Under the pieces are notes generated by a model. It saw only the letters and a program-made list of their open reading frames with translations, had not been told where the DNA came from and did not search any database. A stretch of DNA of 63,745 nucleotides, counting the filler, from Basidioascus undulatus (Eukaryota): assembly GCA_000826855.1 (NCBI GenBank). It is 5 parts of 5 records of this genome, joined end to end, with 100 filler letters (N's around TTAATTAATTAA, not from the genome) between each part and the next. Parts side by side here need not be neighbours in the genome. Positions count along the whole stretch, not along the records: positions 25,573 to 38,259 come from JTLS01000885.1; positions 38,360 to 51,023 come from JTLS01000886.1; 3 more parts are not named here. One strand, written 5' to 3'. The translations under genes and the position numbers were made by a program. This document shows, in pieces, positions 25,473-44,111 of this stretch (position 1 is the first letter of the stretch; each line of letters begins with the position of its first letter).

Positions 25473-25572
25473 NNNNNNNNNNNNNNNNNNNNNNNNNNNN
25501 NNNNNNNNNNNNNNNNTTAATTAATTAANNNNNNNNNNNNNNNNNNNNNNNNNNNNNNNNNNNNNNNNNNNN
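25473..25572. other. Artificial contig spacer (N44-TTAATTAATTAA-N44)
   Basis: Same 100-nt pad. Confidence 0.98.
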
Positions 25573-26125
25573 TCCAGTCCCAGCATTCCCCACCCCCTCC
25601 ACCTTCCTCACCACTTTCTACGCCCCCCGCATCCTACACGACCCCGCCTCCCTCCTCCTAGCGATCTACGACCTCGCGTCCCCCCGCTCCCCGCCGCCGC
25701 TCGCAGGCGTGATCGGGCTGCTTAACTCTTCCCCCGCGCACCTCTCCGCCGAGATCGGGCACATCACGATCTTCCCTTCCTTCCAGCGCACACACGTCCT
25801 CACGCACGCGTGCGCGCTCCTCCTCGCGCACGTGTTCGGCCCGCTCCAGCTCCGGCGCGTGCAGTGGCAGGCGAACGCGCTCAATGCGCCCAGTGTCCGC
25901 GCGGCGAAGAGACTCGGGCTGAAGGATGAGGGAACGCAGAGGTGGCAGCGCGTTTTGTCTGCGGGGAAGGAAGGGAGGGAGTGGCCTGAGGGGGAGGCGC
26001 TGCGGAGGAAGGGTCAGAGGGAGAGGGGCGCGGGGAGGGACTCGGCGGTGCTTAGTGTTACGTGGGAGGAGTGGGAGATGGGCGGGAAGGAGAAGGTGCA
26101 GGAGCTTGTGGAAAGGAAGTACTAG
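25573..26125 (+). CDS. GNAT (RimJ/RimL-like) acetyltransferase, C-terminal part (5'-truncated)
   Basis: AEIGHITIFPSFQRTHVLTHACALLL..LRRVQWQANALNAPSVRAAKRLG..EGTQRW..GRDSAVLSVTWEEW; stop at 26123-26125. Confidence 0.88.
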
Positions 26126-26870
26126 ATTCCGATAGATGTGAACAGTGGGCGGATTCCAATTTCCAACAGCCCAAGGGCGGCTGCGGCTCGGAGAGGGCCA
26201 CGGATCGCCCACGACAGTACAACTAATCAGTAGTGGGTCTCAGCCGATGTTGCACTTGTCACGGGACTGGTAGACACGTAACCAGTCTTGTTCCAGGCCA
26301 CACGTACATTCAGTCGAGGGGTGCTGAACAGTCGCGATGCAGACGGCGGACATACTTCTTTCATCATGCTCAGCTGTTGTTGTGGTCAAAGCCCTAAAGC
26401 ATCAAGAACAAAAAACACTAGCAACTTCCAATCGCAGGAGGCTGTATGCGACACTGGTCGCCGAAGGTACGAAGGAAAATATGCCTTCTTCACGACAGCC
26501 GACGGCCCACGGGGACGCACTGCACCGAGATGACCTCATTCTGGAAATATAACACGGTAGATCAGAATGCCATTCGGCTGGTGCAGCAAGTCCAAGGAGA
26601 ACAAATGTACAAGAAGGATGTACACACATTAGATGCCATTGCAGTATCAGTTGTAAGGCGACTGGGCTTCATCTCGCAAGAACTCCGGCAACGCTCACAC
26701 CCTCGCCAGAAGCAAAAAATCAAAAGTTCACATAACTGCCTGTTACACAGCACGAATGACTTCTGAGTGTGTGTGTTTGCGCCTGCGAGTTACACAACGG
26801 AAGTGCGAACGGGACTTTTGCCTTCCATCGTGCACGAGACAAAGTTCCACGCCACCTTGCACCTTCCTAC

Positions 26871-28618
26871 TCATGGCAGAAAAGCCCAAAAGATCGTCTC
26901 TTTCAATCAAATATATGCATGCATGATGTGTGTGTAAGGCAAATGCCTCTACTGCGGCACACCACGCATGCCGAACGTCCGCTTGCTCGGGTCCTCCTTC
27001 ATGATCAGCTCCACCTCGGGCCTGATAGTTGTCGACCCATCAGCCATCTACTATCAACTGCAATCAAACTATGGAGGAGAAACTGACTTGACAGACGCGT
27101 AGAACTCCTCCGTCGTCCGCTTCGGAGTCCAGCCGATGGCGCGCGAGTGGTCCGCGCGGCAGCGGGAGTTGGTGCCGGCGAGGTAGAGCTGTTAAAAGAC
27201 ATGAGCTGTCGGATGACGTGGAAAGTAAGGAAAAGGATACGGTGTAACTTACGCCACCAAAGTACTTCTTGATGTCGTCCTCAGTGAACGTCGTGGGCTC
27301 CGCGGAGCCCACGCCGTACTCCGCCATAGCCTGGGCGATGTGGCGCGACTGCTCGCCGTAGCTGTACTCTGTGCAACAATAAGCATTCGTTCAGCTGCGC
27401 GCAGTGCGAGATGATCAAGGGACTCCTGTGCGCACCCCCGTTCTCCCCGAAGAAGTAGCTCCCCTCCTTGGTGCTCTCTATTTTGCCCTCGAACGCAGCG
27501 CGCAGAACCAGGATATACAGGTCGGCCACTGGACATATCTTAAAGTCAGAACTGAAATCAATCGAGTGAGCGAATGGGACGCACCATCCTCGATGTGGAT
27601 GTGCGGCCAGACGTTCAGCCCCTTCCCGACCATCCCCGCCTGCCCGCGGGCAAGAGACGCGCGGACAACCATGGGAAGCTGTGTACCGTTTTCAATCAGG
27701 TGAGTGACCAATATACAAGTTCAGCATCCTGCAGACCTGAATGCTTTGGGTGTTGGCGATGCCAGCACGCGTCAGGACATTGTCTGCGATGCCCCAGATT
27801 GTGGACCTAGGGAATTAGCCGCAAAAGATGAGCCAGTGTCAGAATTTAATGATGCGCAGGATGAAGCACTTACGGAAGAACGATGTGCGCATTGACCTCG
27901 TCCGAGGCAGCGAGGATAGCCAGGTCGACATCGCGGTGAATCTGCGTGTCGGGCAGGGAGTTCATCTGCCGAAAGGAAAATTGTCAGCCTGCACCAATAC
28001 CGCGCAATTGTAATGGAAAAAAATGCTGCGCACCTGCTTGACATCCGAGTCAACCCAAACGACGTTGGTCGAGTGCTCGCCCCGGGCGTCGTCAATCAGG
28101 ACGCCAGTGCCGGACTACTCCCTATCCAAATTAGCTTGAGCTCAGACTTCAGAGGCGCTACGCGCTCGCTGACAGTGTGCACGAAGATCGGCTTCTTGCC
28201 GTCCCTGACGCCCCTGCGGCGCAGGCCCTCTAAGATGCCCTCAACCGCGTCCATTCTGGGAAGGGTGTCAGATAAGTCCGCTTAGCCAGTTCATGTTTCT
28301 GTGGGCACGCAGGACTTACACGTCTGCATCCGCCAAGTGAACAACCACACCAGCCTTCTCGGACTCGTCCGCCAGAAGCGCCTTGTCCTGAAGCGTGCCG
28401 ATCACCGGGCGGACTCCGAACTTCTCGAGCTCCGCGGCCTTCTCGCGCGAGCGCATCAGGACAGAGATGTTGTAGGTGCCCTTGGGCTCCGCGAGGAGCT
28501 TCGAGAGCACGGATCCGCCGATGTACCCTTGGTTTTTTTGAAATATCTGTAAGTGACAATCCAATCACCCCGCACCGGCCTGCCTACCTGTCGGAGCCGT
28601 AAGGAAGATAGAAGTCAT
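26871..28618 (-). CDS. NAD(P)-binding extended SDR / NAD-dependent epimerase (YLL056C-like)
   Basis: MTSIFLTAPT|GYIGGSVL, IFVHT|SGTG, QIHRDVDLAI, IVLP|STIWG, GKGLNVWPHIHIED|VADLY, GTNSRCRADHSRAIGW. Many GT-AG introns; the exact 3' end is uncertain (26871-26950). Confidence 0.85.
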
Positions 28619-30128
28619 GGTCGTGGTGTGTATGGTTTGCCGTTGGTAGTATGCTGGTCGAGGATGGGTGATGTGGGAAGACAAGGATGCAAGTTAAGAT
28701 GCCAGCTCCTTTTGAGGGCAAGTTGAACATGGTCATCCTCCACCGGGATTTGAACGACGTCAACGGCCGAGCCTCCACCGCGCAGACTGCCTTGAAACTC
28801 ACTAATGGCTGCGCTGAGGTAAGTTACGGTGCTGCCATCAACGTGTTTATACCACCATCGCTATAACCTTTCAATACGCGAGTGGAAGGCATCCATGAAA
28901 AAAGAACGCGTGGCGGGCTGGTGAGTGAGTGAGGTCTGAGTGGGCTCTGGGCGTTCTGGAAGGGGCGGGATGATTCCGCCTTTCGCGAAAGTGTCAAGGC
29001 TCCTGTCGAGCCTCCAGCGGCCTCCGGATGACCGGCCTTCGAATGACCGCCAGGAAACAATGGGCTCTTCTTGCTCAAACAATGATGACGCTTTGTGATC
29101 CATACGGAGCTTTCACTATTCCTGCCTGATCTGCGTGTTTAGTTGGTACATGCTCAGATACTACAGTGCGGTGACCGCCCCGGCAACATGCAGTCTTGTA
29201 CAACCAAGCTTGGAGAACGTTCAGCCGGACTAGGTAAAAATCCAACGGTGTTGGAATCTAGTTCTACTTCTAAGTTGTGGGATCTTCAGGAGCATTCATT
29301 CATTACGTCTTGAGGCAATCATCCACCCAGTGGCCAGTGCAGCACGTCGTGGTCCCGGCCACCCTCTCGTCAGGGCAAGCTGCCTCTGAGCGTGTGGGCG
29401 GTGAAGCCCAGGACTCTCACTATTAAGAGGAAAAACATGTCCAAGTCCTCAAACTACGAAGCGTTTCCACCCGTGTGAGGAGGCGAAGATGAGGGACGCA
29501 GTCATTATTCAAAGAAACGGCCGTGCTGCACGATCAAGACATATCTAGTAAAGCACTCTCATTTACAAGCCCCGGAGATTTTTATGGTTGTTGGTGATGA
29601 CGTAACCTGTTCCGTTCTTACTGCAGAGTGTGCCATTGAGCGAGGTGGTCCAGCAGTGTCACCCCTCCAGAACAGCTCACAGCATCGCCGAGATATGTGT
29701 TCCTGACCTAATCGACGATTTATGTTTTATCTTTGCTTCCATTTATACTGTAACTTGCCTGGCTGTTATCTCTGGCAGGTTTCTGTTCTGGCGGGCTGTC
29801 GAAGGGTGCACAGCGTCGTGATTGACTGTGAGACCAATCAACTCGTCAGCAGCAAGAGGGCGTATGAGGGTACTATTACGCAAGCAGATCATGTCTTGAG
29901 GTCAATCTTTTTGTCTTTCAACATCCTTGTTGTTGATTCAAACACTTCAACGGTTTCCGTGGGCTTGCGTGTGCTCTTCATACTCTTCAGACCTCTCAGC
30001 TCTCCACCAGTCTGCGCTTGTGCTAACCTGCAAGCCCCTGACTTCTTCCGGTGGCTTCAGCCTGAATACTCAATATTATGTGTTCAGCTGTCGATCGAGG
30101 ACGTTGTTCGTTCTTGATTCGTCCCGGA

Positions 30129-30178
30129 CCGCCAGTTATAAAAGGCGACCGGAACTCCCGGTGGCCTTTTATTGGCGG
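30129..30178. promoter_or_regulatory. Imperfect inverted repeat containing a TATAAAAG box, in the divergent SDR/KRE6 intergenic region
   Basis: ccgcca-gtt-ataaaaggc-g-accgg [aactc] ccggt-g-gccttttat-tggcgg, giving a 6+9+5 bp stem. Confidence 0.45.
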
Positions 30179-30797
30179 AGGCGCTTGCTAGCTGCGGTTG
30201 TTGGTCTCGATCGATGGTTCCTAGCCTCGCAGCGTTCCCTCTTTCACGCTTTATTCTGTGCCTTTCGCTATGGCTCTTTCGTACCGCATCGTGGGCCTTG
30301 GATGAAGCTGAAATTCCACTTTCAGAAAGAAAAGAAAATGTAACTGTCGTTTGAGGATATTGACACGCGTGTCGTCCATCGGGTTGAAACAGCCGTGTCC
30401 CCATGTGTCCCGCCGGCTCGCGACGCCAAGGTTCGTCGTGTTCTGAATTTGGCGACTGACACTCGTTCTCGCCTGCACTTTCGCAAAGCTGCTCCACAAG
30501 TCAACGCCTTTCACCGCTGTCATGGCTCGCTGAGCTTTACCACACTAGCCAAAACTTGACAAAGCTTGAAAGTCTGGATGCTGTTCACGGAGACCCTGTG
30601 TGCGCGTCGCAGGCGGTGGGATGAGGCACATTGCAAGGCGGCCGCTCTCCTTGTTCGTTCCCACCACCATCAACCGCCATCATAATCCTTTGCCGCTCGT
30701 TTATAACCTCCTGTGCACCCCTTTAGTCACGACAATCCGCCCACGTCCCGACGACGCTATTTCCGCTATCCCCCTGCCAACATCGGTGGTGCCGATA

Positions 30798-33700
30798 ATG
30801 CCCTCCGCGAACCCCTTCCAGCAAGACGGGTCTCCGACTCGACTCAGCGATAGCCACCAAGGCTTGCTATCGCAGGTGAGCATATACCTCACTGCGACGT
30901 TCGCGGATAGCACGAAAGTTGCTTGATCGCGTTGAGGGAGCGGTTCGAAGTGGGGACCGGCGGTGCATTGTCGCGAATGGCTGACCCTTGTGGCACCCCA
31001 GCAATCTATCCGCCAGCACCCGGGCTATTCACCAACGCCCAGCATGACGCCCAGCATGTCGCCCAGCATATCCGAAAAGTACACGCTTTCGGCGGACCCA
31101 TTGGCTTGGGGTGGAGACCAGAACTCGGCTGAGCCGGACGACTACCTGCGTGCGTCTTCTCGCGCTCGCGCTGCTCACGCCGCAACTAATCTTGGGAGAC
31201 GACGTACAGACAATCCCGACCCTCGACGAGACAGGTAAGCCTGCGCATTATTAAATTCTGGGACAAGGGCGCTTATATACCGTCAAGTAGGAAAAACGAT
31301 CGGGGCGGCACCATCCTCACCGCAAGGTGGGCGTTGCTCTGTGCTCGGCTCTTAGCGCTGTACTGACGAGGACCGGTATCGGCAGAGGTCTCATGAACCT
31401 CGGCTGTATCTTTATCTTGGCCGCAGCGTTGATCACGCTTTTGTGAGTACAGAGCTACACGTTCTGTTGGACAAAAGCTGACGTCCTAGCTTCCAGCGCG
31501 GGATACGTGAGTGGTGGAACCGCCTTTGAACCTATCAAGGCCCGGTATTGACTCTGCATCTTCGTGTCCAGCCCATCATCACCTATGCTAGGAAGCATCA
31601 GCAAGGGACTGCTGGGGCGTACAATCTGGGCGGCATCAATGCGACCGGCCAGATCCCACTCATGGAGAGCAAGCGCGTACGTCTTCTTTTTTCGACAGCC
31701 TGAGAATGGGGCTGCTCACGGGAGTCGGGCAACATAGGGCCTCATCGACCCGGATACCCCCAAGGCTGCGTACACGAGGAAAGGCATGGACGGGCAGGAC
31801 TAGTAAGCCCGCCGCCCTTGCGATCATGCGCGACATCGCTGAGCCTGGCTACCCAATTGCAGCGAGCTTGTCTTCTCTGATGAGTTCAACCTCGACGGCC
31901 GGACCTTCTACCCGGGTGAGTCAGACGCTCGGACGACCGGGAGATATTGCTAAAGTTCATTGGACGGTTAGGTGACGACCCCTACTGGGAGGCTGTTGAC
32001 TTGCACTACTGGTTGGTCTCTCCGCGCTACATCCCGCTTTGCTTAGGTCCTCATTCGCTGCTCGCAGGGGAACGAACAACCTCGAGTGGTACTCCCCTCG
32101 GCAGGTGACTACGCAGGGAGGGTCGCTGCATGTCACTCTCGACGATGTGCAGTCTCACAACTTGGTGCGTTTACTTGCGGTCACGGTTCTCGAGAAGACA
32201 GGCGCTGAGGAGCAACAATTACAGAAATACGAGGGATCTATGCTGTCGACTTGGAGTGTGTTGCTATCTCAACCCACAAGAGCGCCGCCGAAGCTGACAC
32301 CAATACCCATAGACAAGTTCTGCTTCACCGGTGGTTATCTGGTCGCGAACATCTCTCTTCCTGGCTCCAGGTTCGTCATCTCTTATGTGTTAGCTGTTCC
32401 GCTGTATCTGACGTCTCTCCATTTTTCCGATGGACAGTGATGTTTGGTTCGTACCCGCTATCCTCCACGTCAAGTGTATTGCCTTGCTGAAGTTTGCTGT
32501 CCTTCTTGCACTTGAAGGGGTCTGTGGCCCGGTGCGTTTATTCGGCCTTCTCCACACCGCCTGGGCTCTTGCTAACAAGCAGGGAAAACAGCTTTCTGGA
32601 TGATGGGCGTAAGCAGTGCGGTCTGTGCCATAGCTTCTGGACACCTACTCAACTTTGACTTCTGCACAGAACCTCGGCCGCGCTGGATACGGTGCATCGC
32701 TCGACGGCATGTGGTACGTACCTTTCCTATGCCTGTTTTAGATCGATTTTGCTGACAGTTTTGATTCAGGCCGTACTCTTACGACTCGTGTGACGTCGGC
32801 GTATGCACTTTTGTTAACGAGTCCGCCCAGGCCGAGTAAAGCTGACTCTTGTTTCGCAGACCCTGAACAATCAATCTTTCCACGCCGGCGAGACTGGCCG
32901 TGCGTACTTGAGCTATCCACCTACTCGTCGCGCCTTCTAAAATATCCAAACAGAGTACCCCGCTACCGCCACAACTGACGGTGACTGGGCTTACGACTAC
33001 TCGATCTCCTACCTCCTGGGTCAGCGCCTCTCTCGGTGCACGTGCGAAGGCGAGGTATGTGGTCTGCCTCACCGTATGATTATTTCTTGTCTTCTTACCT
33101 GCATTTACAGGACCACCCGGGTCCCTTCCACTCGGACGGCTCGTATGTCGGCCGTTCCGCGCCGGAAATCGACGTGCTCGAGGCGCAGGTCGACCAGTCA
33201 TCCAAGACGGGCCACCTTTCGATGTCCGGCCAGTTTGCTCCGTATGTCATCGACCGTTCTGTGAATGCTGTACGTTCGCGCTAACCGTCTTGGTGCAGGT
33301 TTAACTCGTTCTACCTTTACGACAACGCGACCGAAAACGCGTGGTTCACGTACCCGTACGTCGTTGTCTCGCGCTTCATTTTTTGATCATTGAGACTGAA
33401 TCAAGATCGGACACAGTGATGAGGATGAGCCTAACGTCGGTCTATCTTGGCAATCTGGCGAGTATCTTTGCTGACGCTTGTTCTGTCCGCAGGGTTACCA
33501 CGGCTCCGTCTTCCAGCAGTAAGTCCACACTCCGATATGCCACGCGAAGGTGTACGTAGCTGATCATCGCTTCTGTGTGATGCGCAGGTCCGTCTCCGGT
33601 GTCATCAAGACAAACCAGCACTGCTACCAGTTCAGCGGGGACTGCTTCGACACGTACGTCTTCTGCCTCGTCACTAGTCAGTACCACCTAAGGCGGTTCT

Positions 33701-34765
33701 AACATACTGTTTCTTTCTGCAGTTACGGCACTGAGTACACTCCCGGCAACGACGGCGTCATCCGGTGGTCGGTTCACGAGGAGGAGCGTTGGGGCATGCG
33801 CGGTTCGTCAATCTAGGAGGCTTGAGATGAGCGCGTTTACTGATCCATGATCCCTCTGTCTCAGCGGCTGCTGTCGGTCCGGACGACAAGATGGAGATCA
33901 GCCAGCGTCCGGTCCCGTACGAGCCGAGTAAGTTGATAGATCTCCGGACCGAACGAGAAGCAAGCTGATCGCAATGTCAACGTCATCTAGTGTACATCCT
34001 TCTGGTGCGTCTCAATTTCTCTCTGCCCTGGCCGCACAAGCCGAATTTGTGACACACTCTCGTTCCACAGAACCAAGGCATCTCGGAGAAGTACGTCCCT
34101 GTCGGCTGTCGTGAAGCGTGCGCATGCTGACGCTCCCTTGCCTTGGTAGCTTCGGCGAGGTTGCGTACGACCTCCTGCAATTCGTACGCTCAGTTTTTCG
34201 TCCTGTTTGTGTTTGATATGCTAAACCTTCTAGTGCAATAACAGCCAAGCATCATGAAAGTTGTACGCCCGCCGTCTGTGTTGCGACTGTCAAGCAATCC
34301 CCGACAGAACACGGTGGCTGTTCCAACAGGACTGGATCCGCGTCTACCAGCCCATCGGCAAGCGCAACATTGGCTGTGACCCGCCCGGTGCGTCGAACTT
34401 TCTGCATGGACGGTTCCAATTGTTTTGAAAGAAAGGTAGCTGACCGAGCCCACACTCTCGCATCAGAGTATCCCACGGCAGCCTACATCGCTCGCCACCC
34501 CGAGGCCTGTACGTGCTCCCATCCTCCCGATGTCGATCTGGTATCTAATTAAGCATTAAAACAACACCAGACGCGAACCCCAACTTGACCACATGGGAGC
34601 ATTACGGGGCTCCGGTTCGTTGTTCTGAGTCTAACACTTCATCGGGTTCATCTGACAGTCTCCCCCGCCTACCCGCAGTTGCCCAAGAACGCCCTGCTCC
34701 ACCAGGACGACGCGACGTGCGCCAAGGCACTCGCCACCGCCCCCAAGAACCTTCTGGGCTTGTAG
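30798..34765 (+). CDS. KRE6: KRE6/SKN1 beta-1,6-glucan synthesis-associated GH16 type II membrane protein (~34 introns)
   Basis: EPDDYL|HNPDP, TM 'RGLMNLGCIFILAAALITLFAGYP', GLIDPDTP, LVFSDEFN, DPYWEAVDLHYW, NKFCFTGG, NLGRAGYGASLDGMWPYSYDSCDVG, GRSAPEIDVLEAQ (GH16 ExDxxE), DWIRVYQP. Stop TAG at 34763-34765. Confidence 0.95.
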
Positions 34766-35540
34766 TTGAGGTCCAGCTTGACCTCTCCGGTCTCAGCTTC
34801 TCATTCTTCTTTGCACAATACCCATACCTTCGTTCCTCGCGCAAGGACCCCATTATTCTGCTCATACCGACCATACTTTCATTGCATCTTCCATCCCTCT
34901 CGCTTACTAAGCCTTCGCCCGATAGATGCCTGGCCCCCCTGGGCGGCTCGCATCGATGGACATTCACTTAGATTTGCTTCATATCCTTCTCTCTCCCTAG
35001 GCTCTCGCGATACTGTAGTAGCGTTATGCAATTGCTTCGCACGCTGTTTGCCTGAGAGTCCGCAGCGGTACTGACGGCACTGCACTATGCCCACTCTCCG
35101 TCCGCTGTCTTATTCAGTTTAAGTTAATGAGCAAGTGTATTTTACTAGCATTGCACGACATTAGACAACCACTCACACTACTGCACAACCGCCGACGACG
35201 TGCAGCAGAAGACGCAGTGGCACCGCCACTGCGCTCCGGGCCCGCCCACTCAGCGCTCACTGCCCTCTATCTGAGTGAGAAGCACCTCTTGCCACTAAAC
35301 CAAAAAAAAAATGTGCTGTTGCGAACTGATACGTGTGTCGAAGCCGGACCCACCCGCGACGTGTTTCCGAACGTAAATAATTTGGCGACACTCCTCGAAA
35401 GATACACGTGCTTCCCGCTTCCACGCCGAAATTGCGCCTTCTCCCGTGCCTTGCCCCTTCACGACCGTCTTCTCTCAGTCAAACTGCGTCTTGGACCCAT
35501 TCACTCCCTTTCAGCGCGCTCGCTACATTCTAGTATAAAC

Positions 35541-37050
35541 ATGTCCGGAGACCTCAGTGCGTCTGCGCTGTAGACGTGGAGAAGGGAGATGAGAAGGAGC
35601 AGCAAGCTGATGGGTTAAGAGCGGGGTGTTCCGGGTGCAGAGCCTTTGGTCGGTGTCATTGGTGAGTACCCTGATTCTTGGAATCCAGAAGTTGGATAGC
35701 TGATCTGGAAAATGGGCGAGCGATAGGTGGCAGGTGTGTTTCCTAGCGGCCAGTTTCTGCTACCGGCTGGTTACTCAATGCTCTCCGATATGTCCTTCAA
35801 TTACAGCGGTCTTTACAAGCTCGACAACCTCGAGGTCGTCAAGTCGATCAACGTCACGACTGTGCGTTTTCTTGGCCTTCCTATCCCATTTTCCCATTAA
35901 CGCCCTCCCCCCTCTCTCCCACAGCCCTGGGGCGCCCCCTCTTCGCCCGTCACCATCGCGACCCTCCCGTCCGGCACCCCCATCGCCTTCCTTGCGCGTC
36001 ACGGCCTCGGCCACACCATCACCCCCTCGGAGGTGAACGGGCGGGCGAACATCGCTGCGCTGAAGAGCGTCGGCGTGCGCGCGATCGTTGCGTTCTCCGC
36101 TGTCGGTAGCTTGCGGGAGGAGATCAAGTGCGTCTTCTTTCTCGGATGTTCATCTGCGTGGCGTTTTACATGCTGAAACCGGGTGGGCTCGCTCGTTCTC
36201 AGGCCGGGCGACTTCATCCTTCCGACGCAGATCATCGACCGGACTAGGTCGCTTCGCGTCTCGACTTTCTTCCCGCCCGGGGAGGGGATCGTCGCGCACG
36301 CGTCCTTCGGTGACCCCTTCTCCGTCCCGCTCTTCAAGCTCCTCGAGCCGCTCGTACGCGACGCGCTCAAGAACCACGGCGTGGACCTCCACGCCGCCGC
36401 GAGCGCCGACGAGGACAAGACGGTCGTGTGCATGGAGGGCCCGCAGTTCTCCACTCGCGCTGAGTCCAAGATGTACCGCTCTTGGGGCGGCGACATCATC
36501 AACATGAGCGTGCTTCCGGAGGCGAAGCTTGCGCGGGAGGCGGAGCTCAGGTAAATACGCGGCCGTGCGTGTTTTGGAAGGGCGTAACTGATTAAAGGGC
36601 CGTGGTTGCAGCTACGCTCTCATCTGCACTGGTGCGTTTGTCTGAGTACCGTTATTCTAATTCCCAGAAAGTCTGACACGAGGTGTTTCGCGGCGTCTTC
36701 GACCAATGCAGCCACTGACTACGACGCCTGGGTGCGTCTTCTTTTGTCTCTCTTTATCGCTATTACTTGATCTTCAGTCTTGCTCATCTTCTTTTCCTTC
36801 CCCCTGCTCACCACAGCGTGTCGGTGCCGAGCCCGTCACCGTCGCCGAGGTGATCAAGACGCTGACGACGAACGCCTCCAACTCGAAGGCGGTCGCGTCC
36901 GCGATCCTGCAGCGCGTAAACGACGCGCTCGTCTCGGGCGACCTGAAGGGCGAGGAGGGCGCGATGGAGTACGCGATCGTGACCGCCAAGGAGAAGTGGA
37001 CGGAGGAGGCGAAGGAGCGCCTTGGGTACCTCCTGCCGTACTTCAAGTAG
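35541..37050 (+). CDS. MEU1: S-methyl-5'-thioadenosine phosphorylase (MTAP)
   Basis: [88 protein letters not shown] at 35541, TAG at 37048-37050. Confidence 0.96.
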
Positions 37051-37568
37051 AGATGGGTGGGGGAGGAAAAGTGAAGCTTGGACGATCTCGGACGATATAG
37101 AGCAGAGTAATAGACGCAGATGGACATTGCCTATCCAGGATGGATGAGGGAAGACGGTGGTTGTGGGTCGTCCATGGGATCGATCGACCGCCTCGCGCTC
37201 ACTCTCGCTTCTTCTCTAGTCTGCCATTCGGCGCCACTTCTTCTTCGACCTGTCTGGTTCGCTTTGGGCCACTTTCCTCTTCACTTTTCACTTTTCCAAG
37301 AGGCCTGGGTCCTGCGTCGACCCGGGGACCGTGCAACATTCGACGTTTCAACTTCGATTACTCCGCTGACGGCCCGTCGCGGCCCCGTCGATTCCGCTTC
37401 ACAGACGACGTCGGCTTCCGCTCGCTCGCAATCAAAACAACTTCGCATCTCCACGCGGGTTCGCAATCGCGGCCTCCTCCCCTCTCGCCTTCGACAGTTC
37501 CTTTCCACACCTGCCATTCTCTACGCCCCCCGCGCTTCTCATCTTACAGCGTCGCAATTACCCAGAAT

Positions 37569-38259
37569 ATGGCAGACGATCAACCCCGCAAGGTGTATGT
37601 CGCTTCCCATCTTTCCTGTGTATGGTTTACCGTCCGTGCTGAGTCCGACCTGCTCCCCCCTCACCCTCCCCAGCCGCTTCGGGCCCCGTCTGCCCAGCAA
37701 CTCCATGCCCCCGCCCAAAACGCCTCCCGCTGCAGACGGCCCTCGCACGCTTCCGAAGCCCGCCCTGCGCAAGCCTGTTCCCGTTTATTCACCCGCGCCC
37801 GTGTCGGGCAGCGGGAGCCAGAGCGAGGGTGACAAGGAGAAGGAGAAGGAGGATGGGAGAGAGAGCAGGAGGGGTACGCGAACGCCCACCCCGCCCCTCC
37901 CGCCGAGGCCGCAGTTTCAGTTTCCGTTGATGAAACCGGCGGGGGAGGGAGAAGGGAAGAAAAAGGAGGAGGAGGAGAAAAGGGAGGGGAAAGGAGAGAA
38001 GGTGCACGTTGAGGTAAACGTGACAGAGAAGGCGAAAGATAAGGGAAAGGGGAAGGAGGACGTCAAGGAGGACGTCAAGGTCGGCGCGGACACGGACGAC
38101 CAGGACGGCGACGACGAAGACGACGACGAGGGCGAACCGGAGAGCATGGCTGCCAAGCTTCAACAGGCACAGTCCAACGCGCTCAAGAACGGGCGCTCGA
38201 CGCCTTCCACCTCTGCGCCTTCCACTCCTTCCCCCTCTCCGACCCCACCTCCACCCACT
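37569..38259 (+). CDS. N-terminal low-complexity part of an unidentified protein (3'-truncated at contig end)
   Basis: MADDQPRKV|RFGPRLPSNSMPPPKTPP.. via a gtatgt..cag intron; the Pro/Lys/Glu-rich ORF stays open to the gap. Confidence 0.6.
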
Positions 38260-38359
38260 NNNNNNNNNNNNNNNNNNNNNNNNNNNNNNNNNNNNNNNNN
38301 NNNTTAATTAATTAANNNNNNNNNNNNNNNNNNNNNNNNNNNNNNNNNNNNNNNNNNNN
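38260..38359. other. Artificial contig spacer (N44-TTAATTAATTAA-N44)
   Basis: Same 100-nt pad. Confidence 0.98.
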
Positions 38360-43960
<5,601 letters not shown>

Positions 43961-44111
43961 GATAGAGCTTAATAGAGTCATTTCGAACAGGAACTGAATG
44001 CTGTCAATCCGTCTGATACGCACATGGCAAGATACGAGAAACCACTTGCTAATAACCTCAACACCTTTGCAACACTTAGTTTTCTGTTTCATTTGTTCTT
44101 TCAAGCGAGAC

